From Podarcis pityusensis (taxonomy: Eukaryota): a stretch of 64,000 nt of DNA. Both the position numbers and the translations under genes were made by a program. Location: assembly GCA_964106645.2 (NCBI GenBank), contig OZ067054.1; one strand, given 5' to 3'. The notes beneath the pieces were generated by a model. That model was not told the origin of the DNA. It was given only the letters and a program-made list of their open reading frames with translations, and did not search any database. This document shows positions 40,101-53,400 of this stretch, piece after piece. Numbering within the stretch: position 1 is the stretch's first letter; the number at the start of each line of letters is the position of its first letter.

Positions 40101-43100
40101 TTAGCATTTGCAGACCTACACTGCAGTTCTCTCCATGTCTACTCAGAAGTGAGATCCATAAAGTTCAATGGAACTTGCTCCCAGTTCTAATAAAAGATTG
40201 CAGCCTGGTTGTATGTATTGCAAATGCCACCGCTTATTTGCCGTGCACACTCACAATTCCACAGTGGCCAGGATCCTTTCTTCCAGTCCCCTTCGTAATA
40301 GCTTGCATTTCCCACACCACCACCCTGAGCTCATACCTTGTTCATCTGGGCCCTCCTCTTGGAGGAGATAGCTGTCTTCTCATAGAAGTCAATCAGCAAC
40401 AGCACTGGGGTGATCCACCTGTGGGAGGCAAGTTAATTACATCAGCTAAGGCATCCAACAAAATATATTGCACGGGTTCCTAAGCCAAGATACTGCAGCC
40501 ATTTTTGGACTAAAAGCCTGTCAAGGAAACAGTAGCAAGACCTTTTGGCCACCAGGCAAGCTAGCTTAAAAAAACACATTGGACTCAAGGAGGGAGGCAA
40601 ACCCAATTTCATTCCAGGTTAGTAACTGCATCCAGCATTATTAAACCATTATGTATTTCATTAGGTACAAATACAAAACTGGTAGCTTCTCCTCACAAGT
40701 AAGACCAGAAGCAAAACCCAGGTGCTGTATATCAAAGTGTGGGTAGGCCTGGCTTGGGGCTTTCCAGCTCCATCCTATATCCTGTTTTGTTGCTTACTTT
40801 GGTGTCTGCACTTCCTTTTGCTCCTTGGCAGCTTGCAGGCAGGGCTGCACCACTTCTAGCAGTTTGATCAGAACGTTGAGGATGCCGCTAGATTCTACAA
40901 CACGAGCACATGGCAACTTAAGCTCCTGCAGGGAAACAAAGGTAAAGAGGTTGGCAACCATGCAGCAGATAGGACTAATCGGAGCACAAACTGACCATTA
41001 CATTCAAAGTTCTAAGTGCTATCATCACTTTACAGCCAAGTGAAGGGAGAACGTGAGGCATTTTCTTTTCAAGTGCATGCTCTATTGTACAGGTCCTCAG
41101 AGTAGTTCACATCTAACAGCATACATCAACCTCTTTATCCAAAGTTTATTAAAGTGTTTTTTGACATACTGTAAGCCGCCCACAGTGGCTGGGGAACCCC
41201 AGCCAGATGGGTAGGGTGGTAATACTAATACTACTACTAATAATAATAATAATTGTTGATGATGATGAATGAATGAATGAAAAGCACAACTGTCCTGTAA
41301 AAATTACCCCATCCCACACAACTGTATGCTGTAATACAGCATTCCTCAACCAGGTGACCTCCAGATGTTAGCAACAGCTCCCATCAGTACCAGCAAGAAT
41401 TTGGAAGGCATCAGGTTGGGGAAGGCTGGCCTAGTAGAATGCAATCTGTAGCTGTGTTCACCAAAATTATTTGAAGTTGAGTATTTTGTGGTTGTATATA
41501 TATTTCAGTGTCAAATATGAAATATGAATTTATTAATGTTAATGTTATATAACACATACAGACACTGCTTAACATATAGATGCCTAAGTAGTTACAAAGG
41601 AAAACCCTAAATGACAAAGTATCATGAACTAAAGTGATCAGGTCCACTCTCTCTATCAAATAATTACATTCCTTATGCTCTATATCCTGGACTTTGGGAA
41701 GTGAAAACATCTAGTGATTAAAGCAATAAAACAGCACGAGAGGGCTATGAGATAAATGCTATATGTAAAGAGCAATCCAAATTCTATAGGAAAACATGAT
41801 AACTATCACCTCAAAGGCTTGAAAGTCCAGTCCTGACCCTCCAACCCCACCCCAGGTAAAAGTTGAACAAAGACACGGGGTAACTGGTGGGGGGTGGGTA
41901 CGTCTCCTTCCCCTTTCCTTGGACTCACCTCAAAAAGTAAAGTTAACAGCAGGATGCGTGTGGCCAGGTTGGAGGCCTGTGGCAGGGTAGCCATCTGGCT
42001 GATCCACTCCGAGACAGTCTTGGTGTCGCTAGTGGTGAGGGGCAGAGCTGCTTTTATGAGGACATCAGCGGCTTCCCACACCTGCCAAAGAAAGGGCATG
42101 TTATGAATGGAGTGGATAGCCTTTCTTGGACAGTAGTCTTAATCCATTACAGAACATCCAGAACACAATGGCACTAAGATATCTGCTCAGAAGGCTATGA
42201 TGCTAGGCCCCACAGGCATCTGGTGGCAACAGGAAGTTAACTTCTAAAATTTAGACCTAAGCATATCAAACACTGACCTCTATGAATTCTACCTGGAGAC
42301 ATGCTCTTGTTAATTTGTTATACCTTGGGTTCCACATTATCTCCCTGCTGCCCCCCAGCTACTTAAACAGAGTTTTCCCCACTGAGATAAATGCTTATAT
42401 TTCAAGAGAGACGTATAGCATGTATATTCAGGTATCCCCCCGCTTACATGTGTTCAATTCACGTGTGACCGCACATACGCATGGCTCCAGAAACCTGGAA
42501 GTGGGGGGAGATACCTGATGACCCTCAGCAAAGCCCTGCTGCGCCTCTAGCTCATGAGGAGACCCTCCCCGAAGGGGACATCTTTTGGACTCTGGGGATG
42601 AGCCAGAGATGCAACAGGGCTTTGCTGAGGCTCCCAGCTGACAGCTGACGTGTGGCAAAGCCGCTGCTGCAGCAACTTCCTGCGCATCAGGCAGAAAGCC
42701 CCGCTGTGCCTCCGGCTCACGCGAGCCAAAGTGGCAGCGGGTCTTCTTGACCAGCTCAGCTGATGCACAGGGAAGAAACTTCTTCCACACACATCAGCGG
42801 GGCTTTGTTGAGCTGACAGGCAACTCCCCATTTTATGAGATTTCAGTGACACGTGCAGGGATTCGGAACGTAGCCGCTACATAATTGGGGAGTCGCCTGT
42901 ACCGTTACACTGAGTTACCCTGTGTGTACACATCTACCTCAAAGCCTCTGTGGCCAACTGAGCTTCCTGCTTTGTACACAAAGAAGAAAACATGCAGTTT
43001 TCAATTGGGTTCTGGATTTTTCCTAATGTATCGTACATTAAGCAGTCCTTGGGAGTCCTGTCATCCAGCACACATTGTGAGGCCCAATTCAGATATCATT

Positions 43101-46100
43101 ATCTTCTAGGATCTCAAATCCAAGCTCTAACTGAACCCAATGCTTGCAGCCTGTCTTCCAGATTGTCCCTGAAAACCAGGTGAACTTAAGTACCTAAAGA
43201 AGCCTTTTCCTCTTCTAGAGCATCTTGGATAATCACCTAGGCTAACAGAGCACTGGGATAATGCAGTCTTGTTCAGGGCAAGAATAGCATAAAATGTATT
43301 GTTCAGAACGCCTCCCAATGTAAAGAGATTGTGTGGTCTTGGTAGATACACTCACCTGATTCACCACTTGCTTGAGGATCATGTCTCTGTAGTCAGCCCC
43401 ATTGCGCTTGATGGCAGTCATGATGAGGTCGCAGACACGGTACACCGTGTCTGGCAGCTCATCCAACAGGTGGAAGCAGCCAGGAAGCATGGTGTCTGTA
43501 AAGCTGTGCAGCTCTTCTTGCTCCAGAGGTTCGGCATCCTGGAACTTCTCTAGACACTTTGCCTCCTCCTCCTCTTGCTTCTCCCTGGCCTTACGTTCTT
43601 CCTCCTCTTTTCGGCAGGCAGCTTCCTAGAGAGCAGAAACGGCTGGTTATAAATATTGCTTTCACAGCACCACAGACTCACCTGCCTGCCTCCCTCCCTC
43701 AAGGATAAGGCACGGTTCCTCTGCTATTTGCAGCTGTCCTATTATTATCAAAGAAAATTGAGTCTGTGATATTTACATTGTCATGACCACAGGTTCTCAC
43801 CACATTTCTGCAACCTTTGAATTCCAGGGTGCATATGCCAGCCCACTCCCGACTTCTTTCCAAGAACTTCACCAGTATTCCTTCAACCCAGCACTTTATG
43901 GAATCCCCTTATGAAGCCTTTACCTCTGGTGATTCAGCTCTTTGGTCCATGGGGATGTCTTGTCCCAGTGACATAGCAATGGCCCTCATCATTTGATCTT
44001 CTTCAGACATACTCAGATCCTGTCATACAACACAGAAATAACCCTGTGAGGTTACAGAACTCAATGCAAGGGAAACTAAACAGTTCTCCAAACAGTCTAC
44101 AGGGCCTAAATTACAGAATTCAAGTAGGAAGAGACTACCCTTTGGGTACACTGCTTATCCTCCTGGCTAAGGCCACCACAACTACATTAAATTAGCTTGC
44201 AGTACACATTTTCCTTCAGAAGTATCAAGCTGGAGAGAGTGGCAGCCCAGGAATATGCCCTTCCCCTGCTACTTAGTCTTAGCTGCTAAGTGGCCTTACC
44301 CTAACAACACCACCCATAAGTGGAGGAGGATGGGTCAGCAGATACTCTGTAGCTTGTTCCATGGTGCTGGTATTCAGCAGAGCTTCCATGGCATGCTCCC
44401 GTGTAAAGCCCATATCCATCAACTGAAGAGAGAGAGACAGGTTTTTAAAAGATCAGAAATGCAGACTGAAGAGACTGTTGTAGAAGACACAGCTTGGATG
44501 GAGTATCTCTGGATGGGAGGGTGCTGTTTTGTGGAATGGTGGAATAATAAGTTGATTTCTACCTGCTGCAGCTGCTGTTGGTTGACCTGGGGCTCCCTTC
44601 GGGCACCACCTTCCTCTTGCCCTGCCTCCTCCTCACTGCGTGCTCCTTCTTTCTCCTTCCCAAGGCGCTCACGGATGACAGGCTCTCCACGCAGGATGTG
44701 GCACAGAATGGCCAACATGGACTCTGCCATGCGTCCTCCATATACCTTCAGTGGCTTGCGGTTCCATAAGTTCTTGATGCAAGTGAAGGCTGCCTGCACC
44801 ATGGAGAAAGAATTAGCAAACTTAGTCCTACTTGGGTTACATTTCTTAAAGAAGAAGGTGGCAAAATATGTGTCCGTGTGGAGGGGAGGGGAATCATTCA
44901 AAAAGAAAAGGGCAAGAGGTTTCTCAGTATGGTGCATTCTGCATTAAGTAGCAAATTCTGTGCTTGCAGGGAATTGTGCAACACAAAACCCTGGCTAGGG
45001 ATATTAACAGAATTAAATGTTTATAATTTAGCATTTATATAGCATTTTGAACTCTCTATAAAGCGTTTGATGAACAGGTTTGTTGTAAGGACTACCGAGA
45101 GCACCACATAGGTCAGCTTTATTAGACTATAACATTAGAATAAAATAAATGATTTGAGAGTCCTTGCCACAGTCAAGTCACATTGCACCAGATTCTGGTA
45201 TAATGGTGCCTATAGACCTATAGTATAAGCTAGATAGGAGAGGCTGCTCACCTTCTGTGTTACCACGAGGAAGCGCAGGGCACTGAACTGCAGGTAGTTC
45301 TGCCCACCTGGCAGCTTGGCAGGCAATGAATGGGGAGATTCCAGCACTGTGGTGGGATTCACCATTTTCTCCACCAGCATAAGCCAGGCATCCAGAAACT
45401 CTCCTGTGCCATCAGGTAGGTCTGGGTGTTCCAGGCCCTCAGCGACAGGAACTTTGCCACCCATGGAAAGGGCCCAGTTGAATGTTCTAAAGGAAAAAAG
45501 GAATGAACACAAATAGTGTCACAGCCTCTAAGCATTTGGACTTGAATGTTTTTCCTACAGGATCCCACAATGTTATGCACCCGCATTTGGGCCCCATTTA
45601 TTGATCTTCCCGCTGACTTGAAAGCTACTTTTCACATACTCCTTGTGCCACCTCCATCAGCCACACAATTAGTGTCATTAGCAACGTATGTTATATTAAG
45701 TAATTGAACAAACAATGGATGACAGAGGCCTTAGTTTTTCAATCTCATTTTTTGACTACAGCACATAAAACTACAGAACCTTCAAACCCAATTTTCTGTC
45801 TCCTACACTAGAAAAAGTGGCGTGCAGTAGATAAATGCTTACTCAAAGAGTGCGTTGTGGCCCCCCGAGCACAAAAATTTCTGCAGCATTAGGTGGTAGG
45901 GATACTTCCGCTCATCAAACAACATTGGTGAGGTGAAACCCACAGAACAGATGAAAAAAGTCAACCTAGAAGAAAAACAGATTTAGATAGTTAGGCCGAT
46001 GATTCTGCGAGATTAAACACTGTATTCTTTAAGTCCCAGCACCTCAGGAAGAGTATTTACAAGCATCCAAGCCTAAAATTTCCTTTCTTCCTGCAAACAC

Positions 46101-47389
46101 TGTGGAACTTGAGATCAATTTATAGTAGACAGGACTCACCGGAAGCGGGGGGTGGGCGTGTATGGTGGGGGCTGCCAGGAAAGCCCCTTTGTGAGTAGTT
46201 TGGTCAGTGCTGATGCTGTCGAGCGAGCAGCCGGTGTGGGAGCAGTAGTGGTGCTAGCAGCATGGTGGCTCCGGCGTTGTCTTACTGGAGAACCTACACA
46301 CAGCTTGACCAGCAACCCAAACAGTTCAGCCAAGGCACGGCCTAACCTAGAAGAAGCTGAGATACAGAGAGAGAATGAAGAACTGATTCTCTTTACTTGC
46401 AGGAACTCTTGGTAAACTGTGACAAAATAAAGAAGCTTATGAGGACTTTCCACCTGGTGTTGGCATAATCTCTAATTTCCTGCTTTACTGAGAACCATAA
46501 AGTCATAAAATCATAGGATTGGAGAGCTGGATGGGATGCAGAGGTTCAACCAGTCCAACCCCCTACACTGCAGGCATCTCAGCTAGATCATAAATGAGAC
46601 GAGTATCCAACCTTTGCTTAAAAACCTCAAAGGAAGAACAGTCCACCACCTCTCGTAGGAGTCTGTTCCACTGTTGAACAGCTCTTACTGTCAGAAAGTT
46701 CTTCCTGATGTTTAGTAGGAATCTCATTTACTGTAACTTGGAGCCATTGGTTTAGGTTGCACCCTCCAGAGCAGGAGAAAACAAGCTTGCTCCATCTTTC
46801 ATGTGATAGCCCTCTAGATACTTGAAGATAGCTATCATATCTTCTCTCAATCTCCTCTTTTCTAAGCTAAACATACATAACTCCCTCAACCGTTCCTCAT
46901 AAGGCTTGGTTTCCAGGCCCTTGATAATCTCTTGGTTGTCCTCCTCTGCACATGTTTCAACTTGTCAATATCCTTATTCAATTTTGATGCCCAGAACTGG
47001 ACACATCATTCCAGGTGTGGTCTGACCAAGCCAGAATTGAGCAGGACTATTACTTCCCTTAATCATCTTGCATCCAGATTCTATCTTCTGAGGCATTAGC
47101 TACCCCTCCCAGTTTGGTGTCATCTGCAAATTGGATGAGCAGCCCCCCAATTCCTTCATCCAAGTTGTTTATAAAGATGTTGAACAACAGCCCCAAGAAC
47201 CCTGTGGCAGGCCACTTTTTTCCAGGATGGTGAGGAGCTGTTACCAGCTACAAACCCACCTAAGAGTTACCTCTTCCAGCCCGCATTTCACCAGCTTTTC
47301 TGCAAGAATACCATGGGGGACATCAAAAGCCTCACTGAAATCAAGATACACTATGTCCAGCGCATTCCCCTGATCCACCAACCTTATAA

Positions 47390-47430
<41 letters not shown>

Positions 47431-50419
47431 CCTCCCTCCCTCCCTCCCTCTCTCTCTCTCTCAAAATGAGATTCGTCTGGCAGGACTTGTTTTTGAGAAA
47501 CCCATGCTGGGTCTTAGTAATCACAGCATCCTTTTCTAAGTGCTCACAGACCAACTATTTAATTATATGTTCTAGGACTTCTCCTGCTACTAAAGTCAAG
47601 CTCAGCTGTCGGTAGTTACTTGGGTATTCTTTTTTCTGCTTTTAGAAGATGGGAACATTTGCCCGCCTCCAGTCCGCAGGGACCTCACCTGTTGTCCAAG
47701 AATTCTCAAAGATTATAGACAAAAGCTCTGAGGGTACACCTCCAAGCTCATTTGCATGGTCAATAGTCAGGGGTGATGGCAGCTGGAGTCCAGCAACAGC
47801 TGGAGGGCAACAAGATGGGTGTAGCTTATCAGGCCCTGGAGAACTGAATTCATTTAAAGTAGCAAGGTGTTCCCTTACTACCTCTTTTCTTATCTTGCGC
47901 TTCAGCTCCCTCCTTGCATCGTTTCTTCTGTTATCACCTGGTTGGGCACTACTTTCCTTTTGAGTGCAGAGGCAAAGTAGGTGTTGAACAGTTCCACCTT
48001 CTCTCTGTCATCCAATAGCATTTCTCCATCTTCTCCACGCAAGAGACATGCTACTTGCTTGTTCTTCCTCTTGCTTCAAACACAGCCAATGAAACTTTTT
48101 ATTATTATTTTTAACCTCTCTTCCAAGCAACTTGTGTATACTCTTCCTTTGTGATTTCTCCTTTCTTCCATTACTTTTACGTTTCCTTCTTAAATCTCAG
48201 CTCATCTGTAAACTCCTTATGCAGCCACACTGGTTTCTTCAAGTGCCTCCCACTTTTCTTTCCGGAATTGTATGCTTTTGTGCCTTCAATATTTCACCTT
48301 TAAAAAACTCTCATCCAACTTGGACTCCCTTCTCTTTGAGTATTTCTGACCATGGGACTACACCCAGTAGTTCCTTAAGCTTTTTGAAATCAGCCTTCTT
48401 AAAGTCTAGAGTGCATGTCTGACTACACTCAGCTTTCCCTTGCCTGTGTGTAATAAAAGCCAAGAAGACATGATCACTTCCTTCCAAAGTTCCCTGTACC
48501 TCTCCTTTTTGAACGTTTGGTAACCTGCTTGAGGAATGCATTATCCAAGTCCTCAGTCCGGCTTGGAGGTCTATAGAAGACACCCATAGTAAGGTCACTG
48601 TTGTTTTCCTTCCCTACAATTTTTACCCATGTACTCTCAACCTGCCTTCATGCTCCAAGTCATGAATCTCTTCACAAGTGTACATATCCCTTACATATAA
48701 TGCTGCCTCTCCCCACTTCTGGTTTGATCTATTGCTTTTGAGCAGGTTGTACCCCTCAATTTCTACATTTCAGTCATGAGACTCATCCCACCAGGTTTCA
48801 GTAATGCCTGTCAGGTCATGTTTGCCATCCTGCATTAAGAGCTCAAGTTCTTATTTCTCGTCTCCCATAGAGACAACTGCATTCATGTAGAGACAACTGA
48901 AGCCATGAGTCATTCTTCTGCACAGTGCTGCCTCTGTCCCCCGTCACCGCCACCCCTCTCTTCCTTCTCTGAGGAGCAGCAGGAATTGTTTTGTACATTG
49001 TAGCTTCCACCACCACCTAAGTATGTTCTGAGGTCTGCAACAATTGTTCTTGCTCCTCTGGCCAAGAAGCAGTGTCCACAGTGAGAGCATGAAATCAATT
49101 CTGTAGCTCCGGAGACATACTTTATTCTTTCTTTCTTAAAAAGGATACCCGAAACCTAACACATCTTATAGCTTCAGTAAAGGAAGGGACATGTCATATT
49201 CCAGTGCCTTCTCTTTCTACTTCAGCATAAAAAGGAAAACAAGGAGCAAAATAGCATACAAAGAATTTTTGACTCCCAGCTGCATATTCTGCTTAAGCTC
49301 TTGTCTCTTTTCTTAAACCCCCCCCCCCCAATATTCTCCTGCTCTCACCTGACAAGAGGGGCTTGATCTGTTTGATCCTGGCTGCCATGGCTGGAGTGAT
49401 CTTTGACTTCCCCTTGGGATCAGAGGAACTGGGCTCATCTGTTTCCATTGGTGCCAGTGTGTCACCATCCAGGCCAATTCCTTCTAGCAGGCCTTGAGCA
49501 GAGGCTTCCATGCTCCCAGCTGCCACTGCCTCCGATTCACCATCTGCAAGAAGAATATGTTAAATTACTAGTCTTGCATTCTTCCAGTTCTAAGTCAAGA
49601 TCACTTGGAAACCTGGTTCTGTGAGCCTATTTTCCACAATTCTACTTAGGAGGTACCAAGAGTCCATAAATTCAAATGTGCAGACAAAAGGTCCTGGGTA
49701 AAGCAATCGCTGAAGAATGTAGCTCTATCAGTTGAGTTTAGGAGTTTGGAAAGGGATTTATTTATTTATTTATTTATTTATTTACATTGGGGTCACCAAC
49801 GTGGTGCCAGCAGATGTCAGTGTGTTCACTGGTACCTCCTATGGCACCCACAAAAGGTCTCAGTAAATAATCCTTAAATATTCAGGATGCACGAGACATG
49901 GCTTGCTCTTCCTTATGAGCGCCTGTTTGCCCTGACTGGTTCAGCCTCTCCAACACTGAACATGCCCCCTTAAAGCATGTACATGTCACTGGATACCAGA
50001 GGAAAGATGTGAAGAGCTTCTGTGACCGACCACATCAATGATGGATCTAGATGCCTTCCCTCCCACACTGACTGGGGAGGGGCATGCTTACATCATTCTG
50101 TGGTCCTGTCTTTTTTATCTATATATTTCCCTCCTACTCCTTCAGATGTGGCAAACATTTTGTGTTAAACTGTACACCCACAGCAACTATCTTGTGACTG
50201 GCATCCACAGCATCCTCAAAATTCCAAATGTGCCCACTGGTTCAAAAAGGTCTGCATCTTACAACATTGTCATTTCAAGAGAAGTACTTTAGAGCCAAGA
50301 GAATCAGGAACTGGACTGGACAACAAAGGGCACATGGAAGTGCAGGGGTGTCAAACTTAAATGGGTTGTTATGGTCATACTCCCCCAGGGGCCACACTAT
50401 TTTTATTATTTATTTATTT

Positions 50420-50468
<49 letters not shown>

Positions 50469-53400
50469 TTACTAATTCAGGTGGCATCAGGGGGCTTTTA
50501 ATAATAATAATAATTTATTATTTGTACCACGCCCATCTGGCTGGGTTTCCCCAGCCACTCTGGGCAGCTTCCAACAAAGATTAAAAATACATTAAAATAT
50601 CACACATTAAAATTTTTAGTTTTCCACCAAAAACCTTCAGGGCAATATGAATTGATACACCAAAGTTTTGACTGCAGCTCAGACAGTGAAGTTTGAAATC
50701 ACAGAAATATTAGTAGTGCGCTGATGCTACAGCATGCAGTACCCTTCGTTAGGTCAATTTTGCTCACCCTGCTAGACACCTGTTTTGTAGCCCTGAATAA
50801 TGTGTAAAATGTAATCGGCGTTTTATGACCACACAGAGTATGCCTTGAGGGTGTTTATATTTTGACATGTAGTATATATAGCGACTGAACTACAAAACAT
50901 ATCTTCTACAACCATGCTCATGTTGCACTGCATAGGTACCACAAAATCAAAGTTCCTCTAGAGATGCCACAGTATTCAGTGTGTCCAGGATAAGGATCCT
51001 GCTTCCCATCCATACCTGCTTTTTTGGCTCCCTGGGTGGAATTGGGGGCTGCTTTCTCTTCCTTCGGCACCAGCTTCTGCATATCAGCTTGGCCAAATTC
51101 GCAACCTGAAGGCAAACTGCAAGCATGGAAAGGTAAGACACAGCAACAGGTGGCACTCATCTGGCAGGGCACGTTAGCCTACAGCACCGTAGAAAAACAT
51201 TTAGCAATATGGAGCAAGGGGGTGCACTACCCTTCAAGCACGGGGCACAGAAATGAAGGATCATAGACATCACTCTAGTCAGTGCTGAGCTGTTTATGCT
51301 CCTTGGGCTAAATGAAGCCCTCTCCACATTTCCATCTGGAGTCTTGCCTTTTCCTCCCATGCTTTTGATCATTTTAGCCACATCAGCTTTTAGAATGATT
51401 GAACAAGTCTGGCTAAATAAGAACTGAAATTGCTGAGTGTGCTCTAAAACTGCTAAATGGAATCAGTAAATGAGTCAAAGTTCACTTAATCTACAGATGA
51501 GTTTTCCCCAAGAAACTGACTCTAGGTATGATGGACAAGAGAAAGCTCCTTGTAGCCTCTGCTTGCCAAGGGAGCATGTACTAATGGCTTCTACTTTACC
51601 ATATTATGTTACACATAAACTCCTTAAGGGACCCAAGGAGGACGTGCATTTGTACAAGTCTAAGACATTTAGCTCTCTTCAGCCCTCAAAATTCTTGTCT
51701 GCCAAATGACTTCTTGGAAGACATTACCTGGCTGCTACTGATTTCAAATTCTGGGAGTAAATGATAAAACTGTCCACCACTGCCAAGCCCAAGCCTCTCA
51801 ACCACCAAATGCTCCATACCTGTTTGGTGTACATAGTGACAGCAGCACCGTGCTTTCCCATACCAGGGAACAGTAGAGTTGGCTCAACTTGCTCAGCACA
51901 CTCAGGCCCAACTGGGAACCCCACTGGTTTACCGAGATGGCTCTGATCTCACTCTGTAACAGAAGAGATTGCACGCTGCTAAGTGCCCGGACTACATTCT
52001 GCTGACAGAAAGCAGCAGCCAGACCAGGTGGGTCATTAACAAGGTGTGGGGGGTTGCTCTTACCTGTCCTACCCGGCAGGTATGTACGAACATCATGATG
52101 TAAGCATGGGCAGCTGTCAGGGCATGAAGTAAGGGTGTGGCCTGGGCTGAGAGGGTGGCATCAGCCACATTGCCAGCACATGCCAACTCCCGCAGCAGGA
52201 CCGAGCCACCAGGCGCCTCAATGGGCCGGTGTAGAGGCTCCAGGGAAGATAGGATGGAGTCCAGCTGGAGCAGGCCTTCCTGCAGGACCTTCGGTTCATG
52301 AGATAGTGTCTAAGGTAGAAAAGATAAATAGTGACATCCATTAAACAAGGCTCAGTAAGTGCAGATCTCTGCCTCAAAACCACCCACTATACCAATCTCT
52401 GGTTCAGGATGTTCATTTTACAGTAGTGGCCTGTGGATTACTGAATACCTAGCAGCACTCAGAAGGTATTCATCACTTCCTCTCAGGGAAATATTGGAAG
52501 CTTTTCTAGCTGTTAAGGCCACATTGTTAACATTTAGTGACTTAAGGCTAAATATAGATAATGTTTCCCCACTAATCAAGCTAGTACCACCAGCTTACTC
52601 ACTAGCCCACACAAGAAGGCTAAGCAACAAGTGCGCAGACTCGCACTCCAAACCCACCCGCTAAGCTACCATGACAGAATTAGAAGAGCAGTGGCTGATC
52701 ATATTACAGTTCAGATGTGGTTTCCCCAAGTCAAGAGATCACAGCATATTGATCACTGCCTGCTCAAACTAATAGAGATGTTGAGCTCCTGCAAAGAACA
52801 CGGTAGTCTAAATTATGTGGTTTAATCCCTGATGGGACAGATGTTTAAACTCATGCCACAACAGCATCCTTGATACATGACCTTTTTGGTCCCTTGATCT
52901 GTTTAGGTATTGCTTAGATTGGCAGAAGTGAACCTGGTAAGAAAAGTGGTGCTATGTAGATAATAACAACAACAATGACAACAACAACGATAACTTATTT
53001 CTTGTTCCTAGCCCATCTGACTGGGTTGCCCCAACCACTCTGGGCGGCTTCCAGCAAAATATAAAGGAGCACAACAAAACACCAAACATTAAAAGCTTCC
53101 CCAAACAGGACTGCCTTCAGGTGTCTACAAAAAGTTATAGCATGTCAGGTACACTGAATGAGAAAAACATAACCCCTAAAGTTCACTGCTCCAAGTAAAC
53201 TCTGTGGATTTCCAAGTTTAATTATTACCACTCCTCAACTGTCAAAGTTAAACTGGCCTTCCTGAAGAGAAATGAATGTGATGATTGGGCTAATCATGGA
53301 TCTAGAAACAGATTGCAAGGTAAGAAAGCCTGTAATATTGGCACACTGAATGAAGCAAAGATGGTGGGAGATTGTGGGCATGTGGAATGATATGGGTATA

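Noticed and set aside
44255-44947. 230-aa + strand ORF and similar antisense ORFs
   Set aside because: Antisense shadows of HUWE1 coding exons; no independent gene evidence.
49860-50096. C/D-box-like RNA (AUGAUGU...CUGA, internal hairpin 50051-50085)
   Set aside because: Box C is imperfect, no rRNA or snRNA antisense element was recognised, and it abuts a probable decayed hAT end. An Infernal/Rfam search would be needed.
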